From IMG/VR virus record IMGVR_UViG_2840904412_000002, positions 9,071 to 73,070 of that record: a stretch of DNA of 64,000 bases, one strand, 5' to 3'. Every line of letters starts with the position of its first letter. Within the stretch, counting starts at the first letter, position 1. The notes beneath the pieces are model-generated. The model saw only the letters and a program-made list of their open reading frames with translations, was not told the DNA's origin and did not search any database. This document shows, in pieces, positions 21,099 to 29,967 of this stretch. Made by a program: the position numbers and the translations under genes. Source of the stretch: a virus. Its lineage: Duplodnaviria > Caudoviricetes.

Positions 21099-21235
21099 TA
21101 AACAACTTAAAAAGGTCATCAGTTCCATTATATAATAAGAATAAACCTATTGCAACACTTAATTTATTTAACATGTTGTGTATTATGTATTTAATAGTTC
21201 GGGTCGTGTTTTTTCTATATAATAGAAAGAAAGAA

Positions 21236-21333
21236 AAAAGAAATTTAAAAAAGTTAGTCAAAAGGGTTTACAAACTTTAGGGTCTATGTTATTATAACTA
21301 TAGAAAGTTAATCAAAGGAGGAAAACACTATGA
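21236..21333 (+). repeat. duplicated early promoter-RBS cassette (second copy ~23341-23438)
   Basis: AAGAAATTTAAAAAAGTTAGT.AAAAGGGTTTACAAA...ATGTTATTATAACTATAGAAAGTTAATCAAAGGAGGAAAACA. Confidence 0.8.
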
Positions 21334-21533
21334 AACAAGCACAAGCAATTAAAAAATTCATTGAATTAAGAAAAGAACTAAAAGAACAAGGTTATATTAT
21401 TTCTAAGAAACAGTTACTATCAAATATGGAAATTTGGTACTTAGATTTAAAAATTGCTTCCCAAATCGAATGGTTCATTAAAACACCTAACGATATTATC
21501 ATTAAAGATATGAAAGAATTCGGGGACTTATAA
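21330..21533 (+). CDS. early protein
   Basis: strong promoter and RBS. Confidence 0.6.
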   Translation: MKQAQAIKKFIELRKELKEQGYIISKKQLLSNMEIWYLDLKIASQIEWFIKTPNDIIIKDMKEFGDL

Positions 21534-21702
21534 TATGATTAAAATTAAGATAGGCAAAAAGAAAATCAAAAGCACCGAAAAAACTGATAACATTTTAATT
21601 AGTATTGGGGCTTGCACACTTACAGCAATTATGATAAAGTTAATACAACTACAATTTACATTACCACTTGAAACGTGGTTACGATAAGAAAGGAATGATT
21701 TT

Positions 21703-22005
21703 ATGACAAAGAAAATAGCACACGATATAATGAAAGCATACGACTTTGATGCTTTCAGTGATAACGTGTTTATGCAATATAAGAACAAATTGAATGATAC
21801 AAACTATCATTTAGAATTTAACGTATTTAGTGAAGATTGGCTTAACGGGTCAATCGAATTTTATAAGAAAAACAATTTCTTCAAAAAGAATAGAAACTTA
21901 AAAACGGGTTGGGCAACATTTAAAAATGGTTGTACAATCTTAAAGGTAGATAGTACATGCTATGTTATCTTAAATGGTGTACTTATTCACCAAAAAGAAA
22001 TTTAA
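21703..22005 (+). CDS. early protein
   Basis: RBS GAAAGGA, 100 aa. Confidence 0.6.
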   Translation: MTKKIAHDIMKAYDFDAFSDNVFMQYKNKLNDTNYHLEFNVFSEDWLNGSIEFYKKNNFFKKNRNLKTGWATFKNGCTILKVDSTCYVILNGVLIHQKEI

Positions 22006-22201
22006 AAAAATAACAAAAAGGGGTTTACAAAAACCCCTAGGCATGTTATTATTAATATAGAAGTTAAGGGAATGACACAAACAGAAAAAAACTTAAAAAA
22101 GTTTTTGAAAAGTGTTGACAACATAAAAACTTCATGGTAATATAAAGATACAAGGTAACCAAAGCACACGGAAAAATTAAAATGTAAGGGAATTGATTAG
22201 A

Positions 22202-22489
22202 ATGAAAAAAAATTATTTATACGTAGAAACGCACACAGTACAAGGTAAAGAGATTGAAGTGTTTAGAATTCCAAATGACACAAACGGAAACCCACGTTAT
22301 GTAGTGCATTTTAAAGACCTTGGCGTTAGCCTTTGGGACTATGACAATATCAATAAACTATTCGGCTTTAAGAAATACACGGCAAAATGGTTTGGTGGCG
22401 GTGTAGTATTCCAAAGTTTCAACATAGCTGAGACTTTAGAACACGCATTAAGTGAAGTTAATGAAGCGGTAAACTTGAAGCAGAAGTGA
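22202..22489 (+). CDS. early protein with NGNPRYVVHF...GGGVVFQS motif
   Basis: motif recalled from early regions of other large phages; own promoter. Confidence 0.6.
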   Translation: MKKNYLYVETHTVQGKEIEVFRIPNDTNGNPRYVVHFKDLGVSLWDYDNINKLFGFKKYTAKWFGGGVVFQSFNIAETLEHALSEVNEAVNLKQK

Positions 22490-22562
22490 AAAGCCTTAAA
22501 CAGAAAATTTACGAACTTCAAAACCCCAATGAAGTCGAATTTAATATCGAGGAGGATTAATC

Positions 22563-22742
22563 ATGAAATTAGTAACTATAGATTATTTAGAATTCAAAAG
22601 ATTAGTAGGGCAAGAGATTCGTTTGAAAGAGAGAATTGAAGAATTAGAGGACGAAATTGAAGGCTTAGAATACGAAAACCATCGATTAAAGAAGGTACTA
22701 TTAGAAGAAAGAAATCAGTGTAACAACCGCTTCTCACATTAA
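22563..22742 (+). CDS. 59-aa coiled-coil early protein (below ORF-track cutoff)
   Basis: RBS GAGGAGG; MKLVTIDYLEFKRLVGQEIRLKERIEELEDEIE. Confidence 0.55.
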   Translation: MKLVTIDYLEFKRLVGQEIRLKERIEELEDEIEGLEYENHRLKKVLLEERNQCNNRFSH

Positions 22743-22766
22743 ATAAATTAATTGGAGTTGATTATT

Positions 22767-23120
22767 ATGTTACGTAAGGAACTTTTAGATATGTTAGAAG
22801 TCAATTGTGATAGCTATCTATCACAATATACAATAAGAAAAGAACTAAATTTAAATGAGGAATTTTATGATTCTACTGATTTAAATAAATTATATATAGA
22901 AACTAGAATTAAATCTATCGAGAAATACCTTAAAATTAAATCAATAGATTATGAAACAGAATTATATTTAAATCGTTATTGTTATGATAGTGATAAAATC
23001 TATTTAGTGATTAATCACGAGGGAAGATTGATTAACATTACAATAAATAGGGAACAATTCATCAATGATGAGATAGAATTCATTTTTGATTTAGTTGATG
23101 AAGAGATTAATTTAGACTAG
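22767..23120 (+). CDS. early acidic protein
   Basis: RBS GGAG, terminator after the stop. Confidence 0.55.
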   Translation: MLRKELLDMLEVNCDSYLSQYTIRKELNLNEEFYDSTDLNKLYIETRIKSIEKYLKIKSIDYETELYLNRYCYDSDKIYLVINHEGRLINITINREQFINDEIEFIFDLVDEEINLD

Positions 23121-23153
23121 AATGTATTTTCTAGTCTTTTTCTTATTATTTTA

Positions 23154-23168
23154 AATTTTCAGAAAATT
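23154..23168. promoter_or_regulatory. perfect CodY box
   Basis: AATTTTCAGAAAATT equals the consensus. Confidence 0.6.
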
Positions 23169-23205
23169 CATAATTGTTTCTACAAAACGAGCCTCTCCAC
23201 TTCCT

Positions 23206-23234
23206 ATTATACGGGAAAGCTCCCCGATTGTCAA
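23206..23234 (-). promoter_or_regulatory. consensus sigmaA promoter firing antisense to the early cluster
   Basis: TTGACA-17-TATAAT on the - strand. Confidence 0.75.
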
Positions 23235-23434
23235 TACTTTTCTTCAAAATAATTTATTTAAAAAGTTTCATAAATCTATTGACTTTTATATCACTATACT
23301 GTAATATATAAAGTGTAATAAGGAAGCGGAACACTTAAAAAAAAGAAATTTAAAAAAGTTAGTTAAAAGGGTTTACAAATAAGAATATACATGTTATTAT
23401 AACTATAGAAAGTTAATCAAAGGAGGAAAACAAT

Positions 23435-23572
23435 ATGAGATACGAGATTGGAGCATTAGTTAATGGAGAATTGTTCATGTTTTCTACATTCAAGAAAGAA
23501 GAGGCAGAAAAGCAGTACCAAGAATGGTGCGAACGCTTTGGAAAAGAAAACGTAACTATGGAGGTGTCTTAA
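23435..23572 (+). CDS. 45-aa early protein
   Basis: strong cassette promoter/RBS; MRYEIGALVNGELFMFSTF. Confidence 0.5.
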   Translation: MRYEIGALVNGELFMFSTFKKEEAEKQYQEWCERFGKENVTMEVS

Positions 23573-23739
23573 ATGTTCAACCTCTTACACAAACAAACTA
23601 AAAAAGAAATTAAGCAAATGAAGCGGGCTCAAAAAAGAGCCCAAAAAGAATTAAAAAAAATTGTAGAAAAGTGTTGACATTCTACAATATACATGGTATT
23701 ATTAAGGTAACAAATAAATCAATAAAGGAAATGATAAAA

Positions 23740-23871
23740 ATGAAAAAAATCACAACAACCTTAAACTTAATCGGTATGAAAAATAATGAAAGGTTTACAG
23801 AAGAGTTAAAAAACTACCGTCAAGATGTTACTTTCTTGAAAGCAAATAAAATTGTAAAATATTCAAAATAA
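23740..23871 (+). CDS. small early protein
   Basis: promoter and RBS AAAGGA. Confidence 0.5.
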   Translation: MKKITTTLNLIGMKNNERFTEELKNYRQDVTFLKANKIVKYSK

Positions 23872-23942
23872 GGCTTGACAACTTAAACACTACATGATAT
23901 TATTAAGATAACAAAAAACAAACAGAAAAGGAATTGATAAAA

Positions 23943-24224
23943 ATGAAAAACACATTAAACAACGTAATTGAAATACTAGAAAGCAAAGGGTACGACTTTG
24001 AATATGATGAAACTATAACAGTATTAGAAATTACAAGCCCTAGTGGTGCTTATGAGGATATTACACCTAGGTTTATACGTGACGGAAGAGTCGAGAGTAC
24101 CTTTATTATTCCAGACTTTTTAGATGAGGACTTAGGGAACGTATGTGTAGACTTTTACAGCTACACTTTAAACTTCCCTAGTAATAAAGAACTACTGAAA
24201 GAAATTGAAAATATTTTTAAATAA
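23943..24224 (+). CDS. early acidic protein
   Basis: own promoter, RBS AAAGGA. Confidence 0.6.
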   Translation: MKNTLNNVIEILESKGYDFEYDETITVLEITSPSGAYEDITPRFIRDGRVESTFIIPDFLDEDLGNVCVDFYSYTLNFPSNKELLKEIENIFK

Positions 24225-24386
24225 GTGTTGACAATCACTTGAAACCATGATATTATAAAGATACAAGGTAAGGGAAGCGGTCAACCGCTTCCAACCTAGT
24301 AAAAAAGTTTTAAAAAGGTATTGACAACCTATAATCTATATGGTATTATAATTATAGAAAGAAAAAAAAACAAATAAGAAAAGGAT

Positions 24387-24725
24387 ATGATGAAAATGTT
24401 AGAAAATTACACAGTACAAGAGTTAAGAGAAATCGTAGCAGAGGTTAACGGATATGATGGCAGTTTAGAAGAGCTTGACTATATGGATATTGGAACACTT
24501 GATGAAATCCTTAGCGGTGTGGAACCTACAGAGGTTTTAAGAATGGCACACTTTGGAGAATTTGATTGGTCAGACGATTATGTTAAAATAGACGTATACG
24601 GAAATTTAGAAAGCGTTAGTAACTTTGAATTTGAAAAACTTGTAAAAGATAGCCATGATGAAATTGTAGAACGCTACAATGAACTTGTGGAAGACGGGGA
24701 TATTGAACCAATCGAATTTATTTAA
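24387..24725 (+). CDS. highly acidic early protein (DNA-mimic/anti-defence candidate)
   Basis: 112 aa, D/E-rich; FDWSDDYVKIDVYGNLES. Confidence 0.6.
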   Translation: MMKMLENYTVQELREIVAEVNGYDGSLEELDYMDIGTLDEILSGVEPTEVLRMAHFGEFDWSDDYVKIDVYGNLESVSNFEFEKLVKDSHDEIVERYNELVEDGDIEPIEFI

Positions 24726-24863
24726 TCATTGTTAAGATATCCACCGCTTAGGTGGTGGGTATCTCATAGAGTGATTAAATTTAAAAAAAGTATTGACACT
24801 CTAGAAAATAGATGGTAATATAAGAGTATAGAAAAAATAAAAAAAGAAAAGGAATTGATTATT

Positions 24864-25214
24864 ATGAACAACACATTAAACACTATCGAAATGAACGTCG
24901 AATACTTAGGCACTAAGTGGGTAAATGGTTGGGAACACAACGCCTATAATGTAGCACTAACACATAATGGTGTTACAGAGGAGTTTATCTGGAAGCAAGG
25001 ACTAGGGATTCATAAGGAACCCTCTCTTGAAAGGGTTTTAGAACACCTTATTAAAGAGTCATATTATTATGAAGAGGACATTTACGATATGTATGATGAC
25101 CCTGAAATAGCAGAAAAAGTTATAGAGCAATTAAAAGAAGAAGAGGAAAAGTTAAATAATTTATTTTCTGAATATGAATTAGAAGAGTTCTACTCCTTTT
25201 ACTTTGAAGATTAG
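24864..25214 (+). CDS. acidic early protein
   Basis: own promoter; D/E-rich C-terminus. Confidence 0.6.
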   Translation: MNNTLNTIEMNVEYLGTKWVNGWEHNAYNVALTHNGVTEEFIWKQGLGIHKEPSLERVLEHLIKESYYYEEDIYDMYDDPEIAEKVIEQLKEEEEKLNNLFSEYELEEFYSFYFED

Positions 25215-25294
25215 AATTCATAGAAGCGGTTGACAAACTAACCGCTTCATGTTATTATAAAGGTAACAAAAAAACAAAATAGGAGTTGTTTATT

Positions 25295-25897
25295 ATGAAA
25301 AAAACACTAGAAAAAGCAATCGATGCCTTAATAGGCGCATCAGCAGATACAATTGAAAAGGACGTCTTATACTGGTTAACTGGTGAGGACGTTGATACGC
25401 TAGATGAGGCTATTAACCTCCTTGAGAATGTCTCATGTGAAGCGGGAGACGTAAACCACCTTGTATACACATCTGATTGTATTAATTGGGTGTTAGAACA
25501 CGAGGAGGCTATTATAGACTTTCTCAATGCTAATATTGATGACGAGGTAGACTCGTTAGACGATATTTCTTGGGAGCAACACAACCAAATAAATTCTATT
25601 ATTACTGGTTGGGAGTCTGGGGACGATAGAGTAAGTCGTTTCAATAGTGATAATTGGGACGAGGCAGAAGATTCCGCTATTGAGAGTATCGGTCAGGAGG
25701 AATGGAATTCTCTTGACGAAATGGAAAGAGACGATGTGATTCAGGGGCAGTTGAACTTCATGCTCTATACGGAAGCACCGCTAGACATAGACAAACACGA
25801 CTATGTAGAGTTAGCACACAGTACATTCGAGTATTATGCTCATGTACTGTTAGCCGGTCAGTTAGAGGGCATTAAAGAAGTGATTGAGGAGGAGTGA
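25295..25897 (+). CDS. very acidic early protein (Ocr-like DNA-mimic candidate)
   Basis: ~200 aa with a large excess of D/E; GDVNHLVYTSDC motif. Confidence 0.6.
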   Translation: MKKTLEKAIDALIGASADTIEKDVLYWLTGEDVDTLDEAINLLENVSCEAGDVNHLVYTSDCINWVLEHEEAIIDFLNANIDDEVDSLDDISWEQHNQINSIITGWESGDDRVSRFNSDNWDEAEDSAIESIGQEEWNSLDEMERDDVIQGQLNFMLYTEAPLDIDKHDYVELAHSTFEYYAHVLLAGQLEGIKEVIEEE

Positions 25898-25918
25898 ACC
25901 TCCTCTTTTTTTACAGGG

Positions 25919-25942
25919 AATTGTCTAAATATTCTGAAAACT
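25919..25942. promoter_or_regulatory. two CodY-like boxes overlapping by 6 bp
   Basis: AATTGTCTAAATATT and AATATTCTGAAAACT upstream of a promoter. Confidence 0.5.
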
Positions 25943-26061
25943 TAAACTTTTAAAGAATGTGGATTTTTTGTAAAAAACTATTGCAATTCTAAACGTAATA
26001 TAGTAATATAATAGATGTAGAGGAGATACCTCACAAAATAAAATTTTAGGAGTTGGTAATT

Positions 26062-26361
26062 ATGAAACAATTTATAATGGCGGTTGAATATGAAGACGGA
26101 CGTTTAGGTTACGTCCGCATGTACTTCGAGGGCTACGAGCTCTTAGAGGTGCAGGAGGTTGTTTTAGGTCACGAGGACATGCCTCCACGCTTTGAGGTTG
26201 AGGTGGACGAGATAGCGGACTATCTCGGATTTGCCTACCTCGAGGAAGAAGACCAATTTGGGCGCTTCTTCGGTGAGTGGTTGGCTCTTGGTGAATCTTG
26301 TGACGTGCCTAGTGATTTCCTCGAGGACGAGGACGGATATTTAGTAGAGGAGGTGGAGTAA
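26062..26361 (+). CDS. very acidic early protein
   Basis: RBS AGGAG; D/E-rich; locally high GC. Confidence 0.6.
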   Translation: MKQFIMAVEYEDGRLGYVRMYFEGYELLEVQEVVLGHEDMPPRFEVEVDEIADYLGFAYLEEEDQFGRFFGEWLALGESCDVPSDFLEDEDGYLVEEVE

Positions 26362-26565
26362 ATGACAGAGGGCAAAGCAAGAGAATACGCTGAACGTCTT
26401 ATAAACGCTAGTTATTATCTGTGCCCTCACGACCTAGTTGGAATGGCTAGTAAGTGGGACGGCATAGCAGACGACATTAGAATAATCGGCGTTGAGTGTT
26501 TCAAAAAAGAGTACTTAAAGGGTCTAGAGGTTGAAACCTTAGAGGTACTCAACAGATACGAGTAA
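26362..26565 (+). CDS. early protein
   Basis: coupled to the upstream gene. Confidence 0.55.
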   Translation: MTEGKAREYAERLINASYYLCPHDLVGMASKWDGIADDIRIIGVECFKKEYLKGLEVETLEVLNRYE

Positions 26566-26589
26566 GGCGGTCAATAGACCGTCTTTTTT
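26565..26589 (+). terminator. rho-independent terminator ending the early + strand cluster
   Basis: AGGCGGTC-AATA-GACCGTCT-TTTT. Confidence 0.75.
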
Positions 26590-27106
26590 ATTTGCCTTTA
26601 TATAGCTTGTATTTAGCCCATATAAGCACGCTAACCGCTTCTGTATGCTCGGTAATGTTATTGTACCTAGATAGATAAACGTTTGTTAGAGCGTCTATAT
26701 GAGCTGTATATGACATGTAGAATAGTTTGGTTCGTTGATTGATACAGTAAAGATTGAATGAATCAATAATATAAATTGAAAGAGGTTAATTAATATATAG
26801 TTTTTATTTAGATAAAGGTAGATTATATAAAAAATATAATTAATAAAATACGGGGGTCGGTAGGAAGCAACATAATCCGTGGCACATTCACCTAGATACA
26901 CCCCCCACTTAGGGTACTATAGATTTGGCATATTTATAACATTTTAATTACAGAAGTCAACATACACTATTTAGGTAGTTACCTCTATAAAGTCAACATT
27001 ACAAATCTACCCTGTGGGTTAGAAATGTATAGTATAAATAGATAGTCCTTAAATATAAAGTCAACATACCTAAAATAAAAAAGAGGTAAATTAAATCCCT
27101 CTTCTC

Positions 27107-27340
27107 TTAGGTATTATTAACAACCTCTAATTCATGTATAGTAATCATATCCATCCTATAGAAATCTCTTAGGTCTCCTTTAATAAACTTTTGCCCCTTA
27201 TGGTTTGTTTCCTCTTTATAACCTTCTTCTTTAATACGTTTAATTAAGTTCTCCTTATCTGTGTATATCTTATCTTCTCTAAAATGAAAGTTATCTTCAT
27301 AAGGTTCACAATTATCATGTTCTACTTGGTATAGTTTCAC
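27107..27340 (-). CDS. hypothetical protein
   Basis: 77 aa, RBS GAGGAG. Confidence 0.6.
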   Translation of the reverse strand: MKLYQVEHDNCEPYEDNFHFREDKIYTDKENLIKRIKEEGYKEETNHKGQKFIKGDLRDFYRMDMITIHELEVVNNT

Positions 27341-27419
27341 TAGTCATTTTACTCCTCTTCATAAGACCATTCACCATATTCTACATTATAGTGTGATATA
27401 TCTACTAATTTTCTATTTA

Positions 27420-28580
27420 TTATTCTATTTTTGATACATTTAAATAAGTTTCAATTAGAGGTAAGACTTGTGATAGGTATTGCTCTTCAGTTAAATCTAA
27501 ACTATTTTCAGACCAAATAACAAAAGAAGTACCCCTAACTGCTAAAGGACTATCTACATCAACAAATTCACTACCTTCTACATCGTCCTCTAATTCACAG
27601 AAAGTATCAGTATTAAACTGACGTTTTATATAATCTTGTTGCCATTCTATATCTTCTTGACTAAATTTAGATTCAGGTAAGAAAGTCGTTGAATAGAAAT
27701 TACAATTTGTTAAGTCTCTATTATCATTAGCAAAATCTTTAGCTGATAAACCACCTTCAGATTTTTTCCAGTAATAAACTTCAATACCTCTATCTAATCG
27801 TTTTAATCCATTAGTATATATACTATCGTTCCATACAATAGGAGTAACGTTTTTATCAAATAAGTGTTCAGCTATTGTATTAATAAAGTCTATATAAGCA
27901 GGTTGATTATTACTTGCACCTGCTGACTCATCAGCACCAATATTAAATCTCATTTTATCTTGTTTAAATAGTGAGATAATTTCACTAACTAAGGTCTTAA
28001 CAGCAGTATAAGTATCATCATTATACCAATAATCAGCTAAAGTATCATCAAAGTCTGATTGAATGTTTTTATCAGGATACAGCTCTTTTACAATACTTAA
28101 CCATTTACCTGAATGACCTGGGACGGAGAAACATGGTGTGATTTGTACATCTTTATCTTTTGCATAATTAACAATATCTTCAATTTCATCTTTAGTTAAG
28201 TAATCTTTATTCTGAGTGGTTTGGGTTTGATTTAGATATTCAGAGTAAATACCATATCTATTGTTATCTGAAATATAGAGTTGTAAGTGTTTTCCATCAT
28301 TATCATGAATAGTATCAATAACTTTTTTAATACTATCTTTAGATAGGTATCTTCTAGCAATATCTAATAGAACCTCACGTCTATGCTTAGTCTTAAAGCT
28401 AGGTACAGGCGTTTTACTCGAATCTTTTGTGTAAGATAGGGTGTAATTATCATACCATACATTAGGTTGTAGGTTTCTAAGTTTGATACTAATATTACTA
28501 GTACCTTGTTTAAGCTCGTACTCAGACCCTTGTACAAGTTTATCATTTAAAAATAAATATAAGGTCTTATTTTGGTTCAT
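27420..28580 (-). CDS. glycoside hydrolase family 20, Dispersin B-like beta-N-acetylglucosaminidase with N-terminal Ig/FN3-like module
   Basis: LLDIARRY, LQLYISDN, YLTKDEIEDIVNYA, VPGHS, catalytic IGADE, IVWND, YYW motifs. Confidence 0.8.
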   Translation of the reverse strand: MNQNKTLYLFLNDKLVQGSEYELKQGTSNISIKLRNLQPNVWYDNYTLSYTKDSSKTPVPSFKTKHRREVLLDIARRYLSKDSIKKVIDTIHDNDGKHLQLYISDNNRYGIYSEYLNQTQTTQNKDYLTKDEIEDIVNYAKDKDVQITPCFSVPGHSGKWLSIVKELYPDKNIQSDFDDTLADYWYNDDTYTAVKTLVSEIISLFKQDKMRFNIGADESAGASNNQPAYIDFINTIAEHLFDKNVTPIVWNDSIYTNGLKRLDRGIEVYYWKKSEGGLSAKDFANDNRDLTNCNFYSTTFLPESKFSQEDIEWQQDYIKRQFNTDTFCELEDDVEGSEFVDVDSPLAVRGTSFVIWSENSLDLTEEQYLSQVLPLIETYLNVSKIE

Positions 28581-28614
28581 ATTAACATCTAGCTCCTTTA
28601 GTATTTAGTAATTT

Positions 28615-28624
28615 TAATATAACA
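28615..28624 (-). promoter_or_regulatory. late promoter motif TGTTATATTA upstream of the GH20 gene
   Basis: same 10-mer at 38461, 49130, 50009 and 53104 (- strand); matches the Kayvirus late promoter consensus. Confidence 0.6.
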
Positions 28625-28917
28625 ACATTAGTATTACTTAATGTGAAATGTAGATTTTAATAGTATCTAACCTAGTCTAGTTTATCCTCAGATAATAATT
28701 TCACCATTTTGGTTATTATGCTTTACAAAAATAAGACTCATGGTGTTAAAGTCTTACAAGGGTTCACTTTTACAATGGCTAAATCGGTCAAAGGTTTGTA
28801 AATCTTCTGTGTCTACAACAAACTGATTTCCTTTCTTATAGATGCTAACCTTTTCTCGTATTTGTCCATGAGTACTTGTAATTTGTAACCTTTTTTCAAT
28901 CACATAGATAGTTTTCA

Positions 28918-29244
28918 TTATTTAAACTCTGTTCCAGCCTTAGCCCATTGCATAGGCGTAATGATTTCTAGCTTATACCCTTTTAAATCTTGTTCTATAA
29001 TATTTAGATTTTCCCATACCTCAATCCAATGGACTCTAGAATCATCATTATAAATATGGAAGTCTTGAGGGTTTTCTAGGTATTGTTCTAGCTCTTCATA
29101 GTATAGAACTTCAAAAGCGGTATCGTCAATTCCCATTAATAATCTTAATCTTTCCTTATACCCTATTTTAGCATTATAATAAATATTTTCTAATTGTCTT
29201 TCTACCCTATTAAATAGTGTTTGAACACCTTGTAATTCATGCAT
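28918..29244 (-). CDS. hypothetical protein
   Basis: RBS AGGAGG, promoter. Confidence 0.6.
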   Translation of the reverse strand: MHELQGVQTLFNRVERQLENIYYNAKIGYKERLRLLMGIDDTAFEVLYYEELEQYLENPQDFHIYNDDSRVHWIEVWENLNIIEQDLKGYKLEIITPMQWAKAGTEFK

Positions 29245-29307
29245 AACACACTGCCTCCTAATTAATTATATAATTAGTATAAAGGATAATAATTAGAATG
29301 TCAATAA

Positions 29308-29910
29308 TTATTCTAAAGTTTCTTCTATGATTTGTTTTAATGTATAGCATTCAATTTCATCTAATTCTTCAAGATACTGTAATTGATAGTAGAAGTTATC
29401 TACAATTTTATCAAAGGCTTTTGCTTTCTTTTCTTGTAAAGATAGTTGTTCTTTTGTCGTAATTTCATTATCCGCTTCATTATTAGTTTCTTCTAAGGAT
29501 TCTTTGGCGTTATCTTTATTTACTGTTACTTTTAGCTTGTTATCATAGTAACTGTTCTTTTGGTTTAAGTTGTAGTTATCGTTGTAATCATTCCAATCTA
29601 CATAGATACATTCATGTGTTTCATCCTCATAGATAATATCTATAGCTGCGATGTCATGGCAACTTTCTAACCTTTCATATGCCGTAGTTTCTCCGTCTAA
29701 GCTGTCGAAAATTAAGTCTTTCGGGTTATTAATAAGAAGTGCTAAGTGGCTACAATGTTTTGTTTTATTTATGTGAAAATCTTCTTTTAAAGTGCGCTGA
29801 GAGACATAGGCTTCCGTAATTCCTCCGATATAGAATAAGCCAATATCCTTAGGTTCTAAACGAATAACATCACAATTCTCTAATACTAAATCTACATATT
29901 TTGTATTCAT
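29308..29910 (-). CDS. conserved hypothetical protein
   Basis: 200 aa; VDLVLENCD...DIAAIDIIYED. Confidence 0.6.
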   Translation of the reverse strand: MNTKYVDLVLENCDVIRLEPKDIGLFYIGGITEAYVSQRTLKEDFHINKTKHCSHLALLINNPKDLIFDSLDGETTAYERLESCHDIAAIDIIYEDETHECIYVDWNDYNDNYNLNQKNSYYDNKLKVTVNKDNAKESLEETNNEADNEITTKEQLSLQEKKAKAFDKIVDNFYYQLQYLEELDEIECYTLKQIIEETLE

Positions 29911-29967
29911 AGTTATTACTTCTCCTTTATATTAATTATTATATATTCAATGAAATAAAAAAGTACC

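Larger units (their letters stand above)
15205..26641. repeat. cluster of 25 GAAGCGG/CCGCTTC heptamers (S. aureus Chi sequence)
   Basis: 14 on + and 11 on -, several as inverted pairs; only about 4 seen elsewhere in the window. Confidence 0.85.
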
